This document shows positions 55,280 to 64,000 of a stretch of 64,000 bases of DNA, piece by piece (position 1 is the stretch's first letter; each line of letters starts with the position of its first letter). The notes below the pieces were generated by a model. That model worked only from the letters and a program-made list of their open reading frames with translations. It was not told the origin of the DNA and ran no database searches. Made by a program: the position numbers and the translations under genes. The stretch is from Myxococcota bacterium. GTDB lineage: Bacteria > Myxococcota_A > UBA9160 > JAFDDA01. The stretch covers positions 4,128,001 through 4,192,000 of the forward strand of contig OZ245817.1 of NCBI GenBank assembly GCA_965228475.1. The letters are read 5' to 3'.

Positions 55280-56235
55280 CGACCGAGATGAAGCGCACCG
55301 TGCTCATGGGCGATCCGAGCCACTTCAGCGTGCAGGGCGGCGCGAACCCGCACACGCGGACGCGCTGGGGCACGCGGCGGCAGGTCGACCGCGCGAAGGC
55401 CGTCCGCCAGTGGCACGAACTCAAGGCCGTGCTCGAGAATCTCGGCGTCCGCGTGATCGTCGTTCCGCCGGACCCGGCCCAGCCCGGCCTCGTCTACCCG
55501 GCGAACGCCGGCTTCCTCACCGAGGTCGACGCGCGCAAGCCGATCGCCGACAAGACCTTCTACCTCTCGAACCTCCTGCCGACCCGCGCCGGCGAGCGGC
55601 CCCACTACGAGCGTGCCGTTCGCGAGACCGGCTTCCGCATCGGCGAGATCGACGAGAAGTTCCGCTTCGAAGGCGAAGCGGATTTCTTCCCCGTCGGCGA
55701 CTTCTACCTGCTCACCTACGGCGGGCTCGAGAGGCAGCGCTTCGTCCCGGCCTTCGGCATCCCGCCCTGGAAGCGCGTCTACGGCTTCCGCACCGACGGA
55801 CGCCTGATCGCCACCCTCGGCCCGATGGTCCTGCCGCGCAAGACCCTGCGCGTCCGCCTCACCGACGAAGCCCACTACCACGGCGACACCGCCCTGTGTG
55901 CCTTCGGCCCGCGCCGCAAGCACCTGCTCGCCTACCGCGCCGGCATCGACCGCGACAGCTGGAACGTGCTCCTCGACCACCTCGCCAACGCCATGATCGA
56001 ACTCAGCGAAGAAGACGCCCGCGTCTACGCCGCGAACTCCTTCACCCTCACCGAGCCGGCCTCCGACGGCGGCGCCGACGAATCCTTCCTCGTCATGCCC
56101 GCCGGCGTCTCCGACCGCCTCCAGGACGAGATCCGCGAACGCGGCACCACCCCCATCACCGTCGACGTCTCCGAGTTCCTCAAGAAGGGCGGCGGCAGCG
56201 TGAAGTGCATGATCGGGGATCTCGGGCCGGTCTAG
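55276..56235 (+). CDS. Amidinotransferase / dimethylargininase (pentein) family protein
   Basis: VLMGDP...NP, LVYPANAG, FEGEAD, YHGDT, VSEFLKKGGGSVKCM (catalytic Cys). Confidence 0.85.
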   Translation: MTTEMKRTVLMGDPSHFSVQGGANPHTRTRWGTRRQVDRAKAVRQWHELKAVLENLGVRVIVVPPDPAQPGLVYPANAGFLTEVDARKPIADKTFYLSNLLPTRAGERPHYERAVRETGFRIGEIDEKFRFEGEADFFPVGDFYLLTYGGLERQRFVPAFGIPPWKRVYGFRTDGRLIATLGPMVLPRKTLRVRLTDEAHYHGDTALCAFGPRRKHLLAYRAGIDRDSWNVLLDHLANAMIELSEEDARVYAANSFTLTEPASDGGADESFLVMPAGVSDRLQDEIRERGTTPITVDVSEFLKKGGGSVKCMIGDLGPV

Positions 56236-58112
56236 AGCGTCGACCCGCTGCCCCCGGGCCCTTTGCCACTGCGCCGTGGCGTGGAGGCCAGGCGATCCGT
56301 CGGCACTCGCTTCCCCATCCGCGCCACCTCGCGGCTCAGCGCCTCGACGACGTCGCGGCCGTGGAAGGGCTTGCCGATGAAGCCGAATCGTTCGGTGTCG
56401 AGGCGGCTCAGCGCCTCCGAGCGATCGAAACCGCTCATCACGAGGATGGCAAGATGGGGGGCGCGGATGGCCAGCTCGTCGGCCAACTCGGCGCCGTTCC
56501 CATCCGGCATGGAGAGGTCGACGAGAGCGACATCGAAGTCCCGCAACGTCGCTGGGTCGATCGCCCTCGCACTGCGGCAGCCATCTGCATCGACCACCTC
56601 ATACCCTGCATGCTGGAGAAGCTTGCGGGCCACGCGTCGAACAGCCGGCTCGTCATCCACGACCAGTACCCGCAAGCAACCGCTCGCGACGCCCTCGGCC
56701 TCCGCGTCGGTTGCCGAGACCAGTATTGCGTCGCTTGCGGGCAGAAAGAGCCGCACCGTCGTACCCACGCCCGGCTCGCTCTCCACCTCGAATCCACCGT
56801 TCTGGGCGTGGGAAAGCCCGAGGGCCGCCGCGAGCCCGAGCCCGGTGCCCGAAGCCTTCGTCGTGAAGAAGGGGTCGAACATCCTCTTGCGGGTGGCTTC
56901 GTCCATGCCGCAACCGGAGTCCCGAACCTCGATGCATGCGTATCGACCGGGCCCGGCTTGCTCCGGGAACTGCAAGCGTGCGATCTCCGCATCGTCCAGG
57001 TTCTCGGACCGGATGTCGATCGTCACCGTGCCCCGCTGGCCGGGAAGCGCGTCCGCAGCATTCTGGACCAGATTCACCACGATCTGCGCCGTCGCCGTTG
57101 GGTCGACCTCAACCGAGGGCGTATCGGGAGCCACACGGACCTCGAGCGCCGTAGTTTTGGCCAGCGACACCTCGATCAGCCGCAGAGGCTCGCGCAACAA
57201 CCCCTCCAGGCTCAAGACGCGGGGCTCGATGGGGGCCCGCCCGGAATAGGCCAGCATCTGACGGCTGAGGTGAGCCGCCAGTTCGCCCGCGGACAGAATC
57301 TCGCCGAGCGATGCTCGCACTTCCGGGTCGCGCGAGCTGAGCATCGCGAGCTCCGCGTGCCCCAGAAGCACGGTCAGGAGGTTGTTGAAGTCGTGGGCGA
57401 CGCCGCCGGCCATGACGCCGAGGCTCTCGCGGCGTTGTGCTTCCGCAAGACGCTGGTCCCGATCGCGCACCTCCTGCTCCGCGCTCTCGCGCCGGATCAA
57501 CTCCTCTTCCGCGCGAGCCAGAGCGCGGTTCGCCTCTGCGCGACGGCGCTCGGCGAGTTCGCGGAGGGCGACCAACCGGAAGACGCCCCGAAGCCGCACC
57601 TCGTGGACCGTTGCAGCGAGCAGGCACGCCAATCCCAGCATCGCGCCCCAGTGGAACCAGGCCGGATCCGGCGCCGCTGCGGCCGCTGCGAGGCTCCAAC
57701 CCGCCGCGTTCAAGCCGAGGACGGCGAACAGCCATGGACGCGAGAGCAGCAGGAGCCCCGCCGCGAGGGCCAGGATGATCATGTTCGAAGTCTGGATGGG
57801 CTGAGGCACCCAGAAGAGGTACGCGGTGGCATTGGCGACCATCGCAGTGCCGAACGCGAAGAGCGTTGGATGTGCGCGCTCGGAGCGTACGGGAGCCCGG
57901 CGAAGCAGCACCCACGCCAGACCGAACCCAACCGAGGTGACCGCTGCAAGGAGCGCGGCCTGGGGAGGCGAATACGGTTCGCCGAAGAGCCACCGACTGA
58001 GAGGGTGACAGGCAGCGAGGAACGCGTAGACGACCGAGAGCGAGGCCGCCGCGGGGACCACGGCGCGCGCCGCGAGCTTGTCGGGGCTTCCGGGCGACTT
58101 CTCGCGACCCAC
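56232..58112 (-). CDS. Membrane-bound hybrid histidine kinase (kinase + receiver)
   Basis: TM helices; GVAHDFNNLL, NLVQNAADA, DSGCG, FFTTK, GTGLGL; receiver VLVVDDE...DLSMP; start uncertain. Confidence 0.9.
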   Translation of the reverse strand: MGREKSPGSPDKLAARAVVPAAASLSVVYAFLAACHPLSRWLFGEPYSPPQAALLAAVTSVGFGLAWVLLRRAPVRSERAHPTLFAFGTAMVANATAYLFWVPQPIQTSNMIILALAAGLLLLSRPWLFAVLGLNAAGWSLAAAAAAPDPAWFHWGAMLGLACLLAATVHEVRLRGVFRLVALRELAERRRAEANRALARAEEELIRRESAEQEVRDRDQRLAEAQRRESLGVMAGGVAHDFNNLLTVLLGHAELAMLSSRDPEVRASLGEILSAGELAAHLSRQMLAYSGRAPIEPRVLSLEGLLREPLRLIEVSLAKTTALEVRVAPDTPSVEVDPTATAQIVVNLVQNAADALPGQRGTVTIDIRSENLDDAEIARLQFPEQAGPGRYACIEVRDSGCGMDEATRKRMFDPFFTTKASGTGLGLAAALGLSHAQNGGFEVESEPGVGTTVRLFLPASDAILVSATDAEAEGVASGCLRVLVVDDEPAVRRVARKLLQHAGYEVVDADGCRSARAIDPATLRDFDVALVDLSMPDGNGAELADELAIRAPHLAILVMSGFDRSEALSRLDTERFGFIGKPFHGRDVVEALSREVARMGKRVPTDRLASTPRRSGKGPGGSGSTL

Positions 58113-58197
58113 CGAGGATCCCTCCCGAAGCGAGCGTCCGCGCCGTCCTGGGGAATCTCGGCTCGCCGATCATCCCAGAGACGAATCTACCAGAATC

Positions 58198-58350
58198 TCA
58201 CCACCCCGAGGCGGCCTTCGGCCGCGGAATCGAGGGGACGATCCTCGTCATGCCCGCCGGCGTCTCCGACCGCCTCCAGGACGAAATCCGCGAACGCAGC
58301 ACCACCCCCATCGTCGGCGACGTCTCCGAGCTCCCCAAGAAGGGCGGCGG
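58198..58350 (+). repeat. Degenerate duplicate of the near-3' part of the amidinotransferase gene (56042-56195)
   Basis: 58242-58350 matches 56087-56195 with 7 mismatches in 109 bp; weaker similarity extends about 45 bp upstream. Confidence 0.9.
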
Positions 58351-58358
58351 GACCGTAC

Positions 58359-60566
58359 CTACTCGATGACGGGAACCCCGGAGAGAGCGCTCTCGTAGAA
58401 GTCCACGCGCTGGGGTTCGCTGTCGCCCTGCGCACAGTAGTGGCCCTCGAAGCCCGGGCAGGCGTACTGGACGATGGCCGCCGTGGTGTTCGCGTCGACG
58501 TTGCCCTGGATCGGTCCGGCCAGCTCGGGCAGGTCCGGCACCGGCACGGGCGCGAACCCGGTGAGCTGCGGGATGCCGCCGAGCTGCCGGGCCAGCGAGC
58601 GCGTGCTGTTGTTGGCGGTGAAGCTGTCGTCGATGCCCTCGACGACCAGAATGCTCGCCTTCTGCGTCGTGCCATCGACCCCGAGCGGTTCGCGATAGAG
58701 GAAACGCGCGTGGTTGTGGGGGTCCTGGGGGTCGTAGGACAGCGCGAAGAGGTGCAGGCCCATCCACAGGTCCGCCGCGCGAAGGCCGGGCAGGAAGCCC
58801 GGGAGCTGTGTGCGCAGCAGCGGGGCTCCGCCCAGGGGCAGCGTGCGATCCTGATGCTCGAGCAGCTCGGCGAAACGCACCGCGCCCACCACGAGCGCCG
58901 CGGCGTCGATCTGGGGCTCGTAGGCGAGGAAGGCCTGGGCGTGGTTCGAGCCGTAGCTGATGCCCTCGTAGCCGAGCACGCTCGGGTCCACGTCCGGGAC
59001 GCCATCGGGGGCGCCGATCGGCAGCACGTCGAGCGTGCCGAGGGTCTTCAGCGCCTGGGCGAACGCCATCTGCTCGCCATAGGTCTGGACGTAGAAGTCG
59101 GGGGACGCCCCGTTCAGCAGCACGTTCGCGAGGATGGCGATGGTCTGCTCCTGCACGCCCGCGAAGGACCGGTTGATGACGTCGGTGAAGCCGGCGACGG
59201 CGAAGCCCGCCGCGCCCATGTGCGAGACCGCCGCGCTCGGCACTTCCAGCTGGGCGCTACCCGGGTTGCCGTGCTGATACATCACGAGCGGGGCATGGCC
59301 AGAGACCGCAGCTTCGGCGGGCAGCGCGAGCACGAACTCGACCGACTCCGTGCCGCTCGCGAGGGGCAGTCCATCGGGGCCGCGGTCGAAGTAGGGCCCG
59401 GTGCGCCACACGGGCACGTCGAAGGTGCCGTAGACGAGGGCCGCGACGTTCGGGTCGCCAAGCGCGTCGACGACGTCGATCACCACGTTCGGGGGCGTGG
59501 CCTGCACGTCCTGGCGCATCGAGAGCGGATCGTCGACGAAGTGGCCCGTGCTGCGGATGGTGATGCGCATGGCGGCCACCACGTCGGACTGCGGAATGGG
59601 CACCGGGGAGAGCGCCTCCGCCGCGGCGAGCACCTCGGCCACGAGCGGCCGGGTCGCGGTGATTTCGGGCGCCTCGCCGGCCTGGGGTGCGGCCACGGCC
59701 GCCTCGAAGAAGCTCGAGCGCGCGAGGGGCTCGCCCGCGGCGTCGAGCACGCGGTCGGTGGCCACGAAGCCGTAGGTGCCCTCGGGCTCGAGCGCGATGC
59801 CGGGCGAGATCACCCAAGCGTGGACGACCGGGTTGGGCGCGAAGGTGTCGCTGCGCGGGATCAACGAGAACGGGATGCGCTCGCCGAAGCTCGGGCTTCC
59901 GGGGGTCATGTCGATCAGGGCGACGGTCGAGAGCGGGTCGAGCGAGGCGGCGCGGTCCAGCGGCAGCGTCGTCGGGTCGGCCGGCGCGTCGATCTCCACG
60001 CTGATGTGTCCGAGCGGGCTCCAGCCGTCGGCTTCGGCCTCGACGACCCCGGCCAGCGCCGTCAGAAGGTTGAGGGACGGAGCCGTTGCGTTCGGCAGCA
60101 CGAGATCGAGCCCGAAGCCCGTGGGGTTTGCCGGGTTGGGCACGAGATAGAGATCGTCCGGGAACGGCAGGGGCTTGTCGGGCGCCGTGCGGTCGAACAC
60201 GACCTCGAAGGGCGCGCCGGCCGCCTGGGTCTGGAAGGCGATCGTCTCCTGGCCGGCCGTCGTATCGAGTTCGATCTCGCAGGCGGCGCCGGCCGGAAGC
60301 TCCGGCTGAAGGATGAGGGTGTCGGCGTCGAGCTGATTCGGGCGGGGCGGGATCCAGACGCCCGCGCAGCGCACGGCGGCATGCGAGGCACTCAGGGCCT
60401 GAAACGAGCCCGCAAAGTCGAGCACCAGCCAGGCGGAGCGGGCGACCGTCTCGCCGGCGGCGGGCGAGCTGGCGGCGAGTGCCGGGAGGAGCGGGGCCGG
60501 CGTGCACGTCGGGGCGAGCAGCCAGGGCAGCAGGAGCAGGGCGAGCAGGGGCGCGCGGCGCGGCAT
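58359..60566 (-). CDS. Secreted alpha/beta-hydrolase (lipase-like) with Ig-like N-terminus
   Basis: Signal ending APTC; PFPDD, YQHG, GISYG nucleophile elbow; GGAGG RBS. Confidence 0.75.
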   Translation of the reverse strand: MPRRAPLLALLLLPWLLAPTCTPAPLLPALAASSPAAGETVARSAWLVLDFAGSFQALSASHAAVRCAGVWIPPRPNQLDADTLILQPELPAGAACEIELDTTAGQETIAFQTQAAGAPFEVVFDRTAPDKPLPFPDDLYLVPNPANPTGFGLDLVLPNATAPSLNLLTALAGVVEAEADGWSPLGHISVEIDAPADPTTLPLDRAASLDPLSTVALIDMTPGSPSFGERIPFSLIPRSDTFAPNPVVHAWVISPGIALEPEGTYGFVATDRVLDAAGEPLARSSFFEAAVAAPQAGEAPEITATRPLVAEVLAAAEALSPVPIPQSDVVAAMRITIRSTGHFVDDPLSMRQDVQATPPNVVIDVVDALGDPNVAALVYGTFDVPVWRTGPYFDRGPDGLPLASGTESVEFVLALPAEAAVSGHAPLVMYQHGNPGSAQLEVPSAAVSHMGAAGFAVAGFTDVINRSFAGVQEQTIAILANVLLNGASPDFYVQTYGEQMAFAQALKTLGTLDVLPIGAPDGVPDVDPSVLGYEGISYGSNHAQAFLAYEPQIDAAALVVGAVRFAELLEHQDRTLPLGGAPLLRTQLPGFLPGLRAADLWMGLHLFALSYDPQDPHNHARFLYREPLGVDGTTQKASILVVEGIDDSFTANNSTRSLARQLGGIPQLTGFAPVPVPDLPELAGPIQGNVDANTTAAIVQYACPGFEGHYCAQGDSEPQRVDFYESALSGVPVIE

Positions 60567-60732
60567 GGGGCCTCCCGGGGCGGATGCCCCACGAGACTCC
60601 TTCTACCACATCGTCGCCCTCTCCCGTGGGGCGCGGAGGCGCATCCGCCGTGCAGCTTGGCCATCAGCGCTCCGGAAACCCAGCGGGTACGCTCGCGCCA
60701 TCCCGGAGGCCCCGGGCCGGAGGAAGGACGCC

Positions 60733-61869
60733 ATGACCATCGGTTCCGGATCGCTCGCCGACCTCGCCCGCCTGCGCGACTTCGAACGCCACCGCCTCTC
60801 CTCCTGGGACCGCTCGGGCGGGAACGCGGACGCGCTCGTCATCGCGCCTGGCGAGACCGCCGAGCTCGGGACGATCGAAGGCGCAGGCTGCGTGAAGCAC
60901 TGGTGGGTCACGACCATGACCCTGCCGAACGACCCGCACGAGCTCGTGAAAAGCGTGCTGCGCATGTACTGGGACGGCGAAGCCACCCCGAGCGTCGAGG
61001 CCCCGCTCGGCGACTTCTTCGGCATGGGCTTCGGACGCCGCCGCAACTTCGTCTCCCTGCCGCTCCAGATGAGCCCCGAGGACGGCAAGAGCATGAACTG
61101 CTGGTTCCCCATGCCCTTCGCCGACGGCGCCCGCTTCACGCTCGAGAACCAGGGCGAGAGCCGCGTCGTCTTCTACTACTACGTGGACTACGAGGCCTAC
61201 GCCACGCTCGAGCCCGGCCTCGCGCGCTTCCATGCCGTCTGGAACCGCGCGAACCCGAGCGCGGGGCTCGCACGCGAGAAGGGCTTCACGCGCAAGGACT
61301 ACCGGCTCGACGACCGGCGCCCGGTCGGCGCCGGCCTCGGCTTCGGCGCACCGTGGTCCGAGCCGAACCTCACCGGCGAGCACAACTACACGCTGCTCGA
61401 GACGACCGGCCGCGGCCAGTACGTGGGCTGCGTGCTGAACGTCGACGTCTTCGAGCGCCAGGTGAACGACTGGTACGGAGAGGGCGACGACATGATCTTC
61501 GTCGACGGCGAGGCCTGGCCGCCGCGCCTCCACGGAACCGGCACCGAGGACTACTTCAACACCGCCTTCTGCCCGACCCAGGAGTACTCGGCGCCCTACC
61601 ACGGCATCACGCTCTACAGCGGAACCCCCGCGTGGCCCTGGGGCGGCAAGAACAGCATGTACCGCTTCCACGTCGAGGACCCGATCCCCTTCCGCGAATC
61701 CATCCGCGTGACGATCGAAACCGGCCACGCCAACGCCCTGGCCAACGACTACTCGAGCACGGCGTACTGGTACCAGCAGGGGCGCAGCGAGCCGCTCCCT
61801 CCCCTACCGCCGGTATCGGAACGCCTGCCGCGGCCGGACCCGCCCGAGCTCGCCGCCCCGCGCGGCTGA
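60733..61869 (+). CDS. DUF2961 / GH172 family protein
   Basis: SSWDRSGGNAD, LRMYWDGE, PLGDFFG, WYGEGD, GTGTEDYF. Confidence 0.9.
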   Translation: MTIGSGSLADLARLRDFERHRLSSWDRSGGNADALVIAPGETAELGTIEGAGCVKHWWVTTMTLPNDPHELVKSVLRMYWDGEATPSVEAPLGDFFGMGFGRRRNFVSLPLQMSPEDGKSMNCWFPMPFADGARFTLENQGESRVVFYYYVDYEAYATLEPGLARFHAVWNRANPSAGLAREKGFTRKDYRLDDRRPVGAGLGFGAPWSEPNLTGEHNYTLLETTGRGQYVGCVLNVDVFERQVNDWYGEGDDMIFVDGEAWPPRLHGTGTEDYFNTAFCPTQEYSAPYHGITLYSGTPAWPWGGKNSMYRFHVEDPIPFRESIRVTIETGHANALANDYSSTAYWYQQGRSEPLPPLPPVSERLPRPDPPELAAPRG

Positions 61870-61877
61870 GCCGACGC

Positions 61878-64000
61878 CTAGAACGTCCGGCGGAAGATCA
61901 CCCAGAGCTCGTCCTTCTCGCGCACGGCGTTCAGGCGGGTGAAGCGCTCGCTCTGGTAGGTCTGGTTGGACTCGCCGGCCGCACCGAGGCCGATCGGGAT
62001 CCGCCAGGCGGCGCCCGGCCCGTAGAAGTGGCTCATCCCGATGGTGACCGTGAAGTTCGCCGTGTAGCGGTACCGCAGGTCGAGGGCGACGGCGCCGGAC
62101 TCGGACTTCACGTCGTAGACGAAGGTCGCGCTCGGCACGAGGCGGTCCTGCAGGAAGCCCGTCTCGACGGTGAACACGCCGAGTGCGGTGAAGGGCCCGT
62201 CGACGGCGAAGCCGCGGTGCCGATCGTCCGGCCCCCGCCCGACGTAGTCCGGGATGTACTCCATGAACCACTGCATGTTGAAGAAGAACGTGCGCTCGCG
62301 GTTCAGGAAGCGGATGAAGGTCGGGCGATCGATCGAGACCGTCAGGGCCAGGAGGTCGCTGTCGCTGCGCAGCGACGGCACCTCGCTGTTCACGAAGTCC
62401 TTGCTGGCGGTCCAGGTGAACTCGACGCCCCAGTTGGTGGCGGTGACGTCCTCCGCGAAGTCCACCGCGAAGCCGAGCGTGTTGACCTTCTCGTACTCGA
62501 GCACCACCTCGCCCGCCGCCGCCCAGGCGAAGTCGCGCCGGCCGTAGGCGCCGTTGCCCCCGGCGCGGAGCTCGGGGCGCGTCACCTGGGTCACGGAGAA
62601 GAAGTCCTGCACCGTGGGACAGTTGATCGGCGCGGTGGGGTCGACCGTGCCGCCGGCCGGGGCCACGTCGGGGAAGAAGCACGGAAGCGGCACGCCCGTC
62701 CCCACGTCGAGGGCCACCACGAACTGGAGCGCGTTCACGGAGAAGGCCTCGAGCTCGCTGCGGTACGGAAGCCCGGTCACGGGGTTCAGACCCGCGGGCG
62801 GTGTGCCGTCGACGAGCGGGGTGTAGCCCGGGTCGCCCGGCCCGCGCGCGCCAGGCAGGATGACGGTCTGGCCGTTCACGAAGCGCGTCGCGGTGGGGGA
62901 ACCGGGCGTGCGGCCCGGCCAGGCCTGGAAGACGACGCTCGCCTCGGCGTTGAACAGGTCGATGCCATCACGGTCGCAGTCGCTGCCGAAGTACGGCCCG
63001 CAGCCGAGGAGCGCCTCCTGCTGGACCGTGAGCACGTCGCGCAGGCCGCGGCCGACGTTGCCCACCGCCGGTGCGGACTGCACCGTGAACGGGCTGTCGT
63101 TCGCGAAGCTCTGGTTGACGTTGGCGATGCCGGGCAGGAACGGCGCCGGGAGGGGCGCCGGCGTCACGCAGTCCGCCAGGAAGGCATCGCAGGCGTCGAA
63201 GTTGAGCGGTGTCACGGCGAAGGGAGAACCGGCGAGCCCGGCCAGGATGCCCGACGCATCGGTATTCCCGGCGGCCGTCGCGCTGATGATGTGACGCAGC
63301 TGGACCGCCTGGAGGAGCGTCGCGAAGTCCGGCAGCGTCGCGAGCTGGGTCTTGGCGAGCGAGTTGGTGATGGTCAGCGCGCACACGGACGGATCGAGCG
63401 TGAAGAACGCCACGCTCGAGGCGCAGATCACGTCGTAGATCTGCCTGTTCTGGGGCGAGTGGGCCAGCGCGTTGTTCTCGCCCGAGGTCCCGGGCCGGAG
63501 GCACCAACGCTCGGCGCCCGTTTCGCACCGGGCATCCGGCGGTGCCAGCGCGGCAAGGGGCCGGCCGGAGTCCGGGTCCACCCGCCGCTGGTAGCGGTTG
63601 AAGATGCGCGGCAGCGCCGTGTCCTCGTAGTGCCAGAAGTCGGTGATCGCGAAGCTGAAGCGGTCCCAGCGAAACTCGAGCCGCGCGCCGATCTCGACGC
63701 CCGAGAGGTCCTCCCACCAGTTCGGCGGACGGCGCTCCCCCGCGAGCCCGATGCCGAGCACGGCGTGCTCGAAGACCCCGAAGCTCTTGTCGCAAACCGG
63801 AAGCGGCGCGTACGGCTCGCCGCAGCGGCCGACGTCGTGGGGCTCGAAGTCGTCCATCATCCAGGCGATCTCGAGCCGCACGTCGTCCAGGGGCCCGACG
63901 TTCCAGAAGGACCAGATGGCGCGCATGGACCAGAGCGGAATGCGCGATTGCTCGAGGTCCGGCAGGGTCACGAGCGCGAGGTCGCTCGGGTTGAACTGGT
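61878..64000 (-). CDS. DUF1302-like outer-membrane protein (5' end outside the window)
   Basis: Frame open to the window edge (QFNPSDLALVTLPDLEQSRIPLW); beta-rich C-terminus ending RRTF. Confidence 0.7.
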   Translation of the reverse strand, partial: QFNPSDLALVTLPDLEQSRIPLWSMRAIWSFWNVGPLDDVRLEIAWMMDDFEPHDVGRCGEPYAPLPVCDKSFGVFEHAVLGIGLAGERRPPNWWEDLSGVEIGARLEFRWDRFSFAITDFWHYEDTALPRIFNRYQRRVDPDSGRPLAALAPPDARCETGAERWCLRPGTSGENNALAHSPQNRQIYDVICASSVAFFTLDPSVCALTITNSLAKTQLATLPDFATLLQAVQLRHIISATAAGNTDASGILAGLAGSPFAVTPLNFDACDAFLADCVTPAPLPAPFLPGIANVNQSFANDSPFTVQSAPAVGNVGRGLRDVLTVQQEALLGCGPYFGSDCDRDGIDLFNAEASVVFQAWPGRTPGSPTATRFVNGQTVILPGARGPGDPGYTPLVDGTPPAGLNPVTGLPYRSELEAFSVNALQFVVALDVGTGVPLPCFFPDVAPAGGTVDPTAPINCPTVQDFFSVTQVTRPELRAGGNGAYGRRDFAWAAAGEVVLEYEKVNTLGFAVDFAEDVTATNWGVEFTWTASKDFVNSEVPSLRSDSDLLALTVSIDRPTFIRFLNRERTFFFNMQWFMEYIPDYVGRGPDDRHRGFAVDGPFTALGVFTVETGFLQDRLVPSATFVYDVKSESGAVALDLRYRYTANFTVTIGMSHFYGPGAAWRIPIGLGAAGESNQTYQSERFTRLNAVREKDELWVIFRRTF

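Overview
GC-rich bacterial window. PEP-CTERM, CGLG-type and lipobox export signals, a bacterial topoisomerase VI and a DUF1302-like porin suggest Myxococcota or a related deltaproteobacterial lineage (inference). The left half (about 3.2-31.4 kb) is an accessory region with two paralogous cassettes. Each runs: large wHTH-NTPase-TPR (AfsR/SARP-like STAND) regulator(s), small ORF, PEP-CTERM protein made of four ~45-49 aa repeats, terminator hairpin, secreted lipid/glycolipid-related cargo (PI-PLC-like; or BPI/LBP-like plus GINT1-like propeller), then the 3' end of a fatty-acid desaturase gene. Between the cassettes lie two more PEP-CTERM genes, two PrsT-like TPR lipoproteins and a TetR. Eleven-bp-periodic boxes recur in the intergenic DNA, and a 31-bp repeat and a 471-bp repeat mark cassette boundaries. 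The right half is mostly core-like: TetR with a triple operator, AbrB/Doc toxin-antitoxin pair, top6B/top6A with basic tails, rfbACD, a ferritin-like protein, a Fur-box-controlled operon (Com-like zinc finger, porin, FMN-binding protein, membrane protein, ApbE), PafA-like phosphatase, fur, MATE, an astC-astA-astD operon ending in an amidinotransferase-type gene instead of astB, an inserted hybrid kinase, a secreted hydrolase, DUF2961 and a partial DUF1302. No rRNA, tRNA, CRISPR array, integrase or transposase was recognised. All calls come from reading the sequence by eye; no searches were run.
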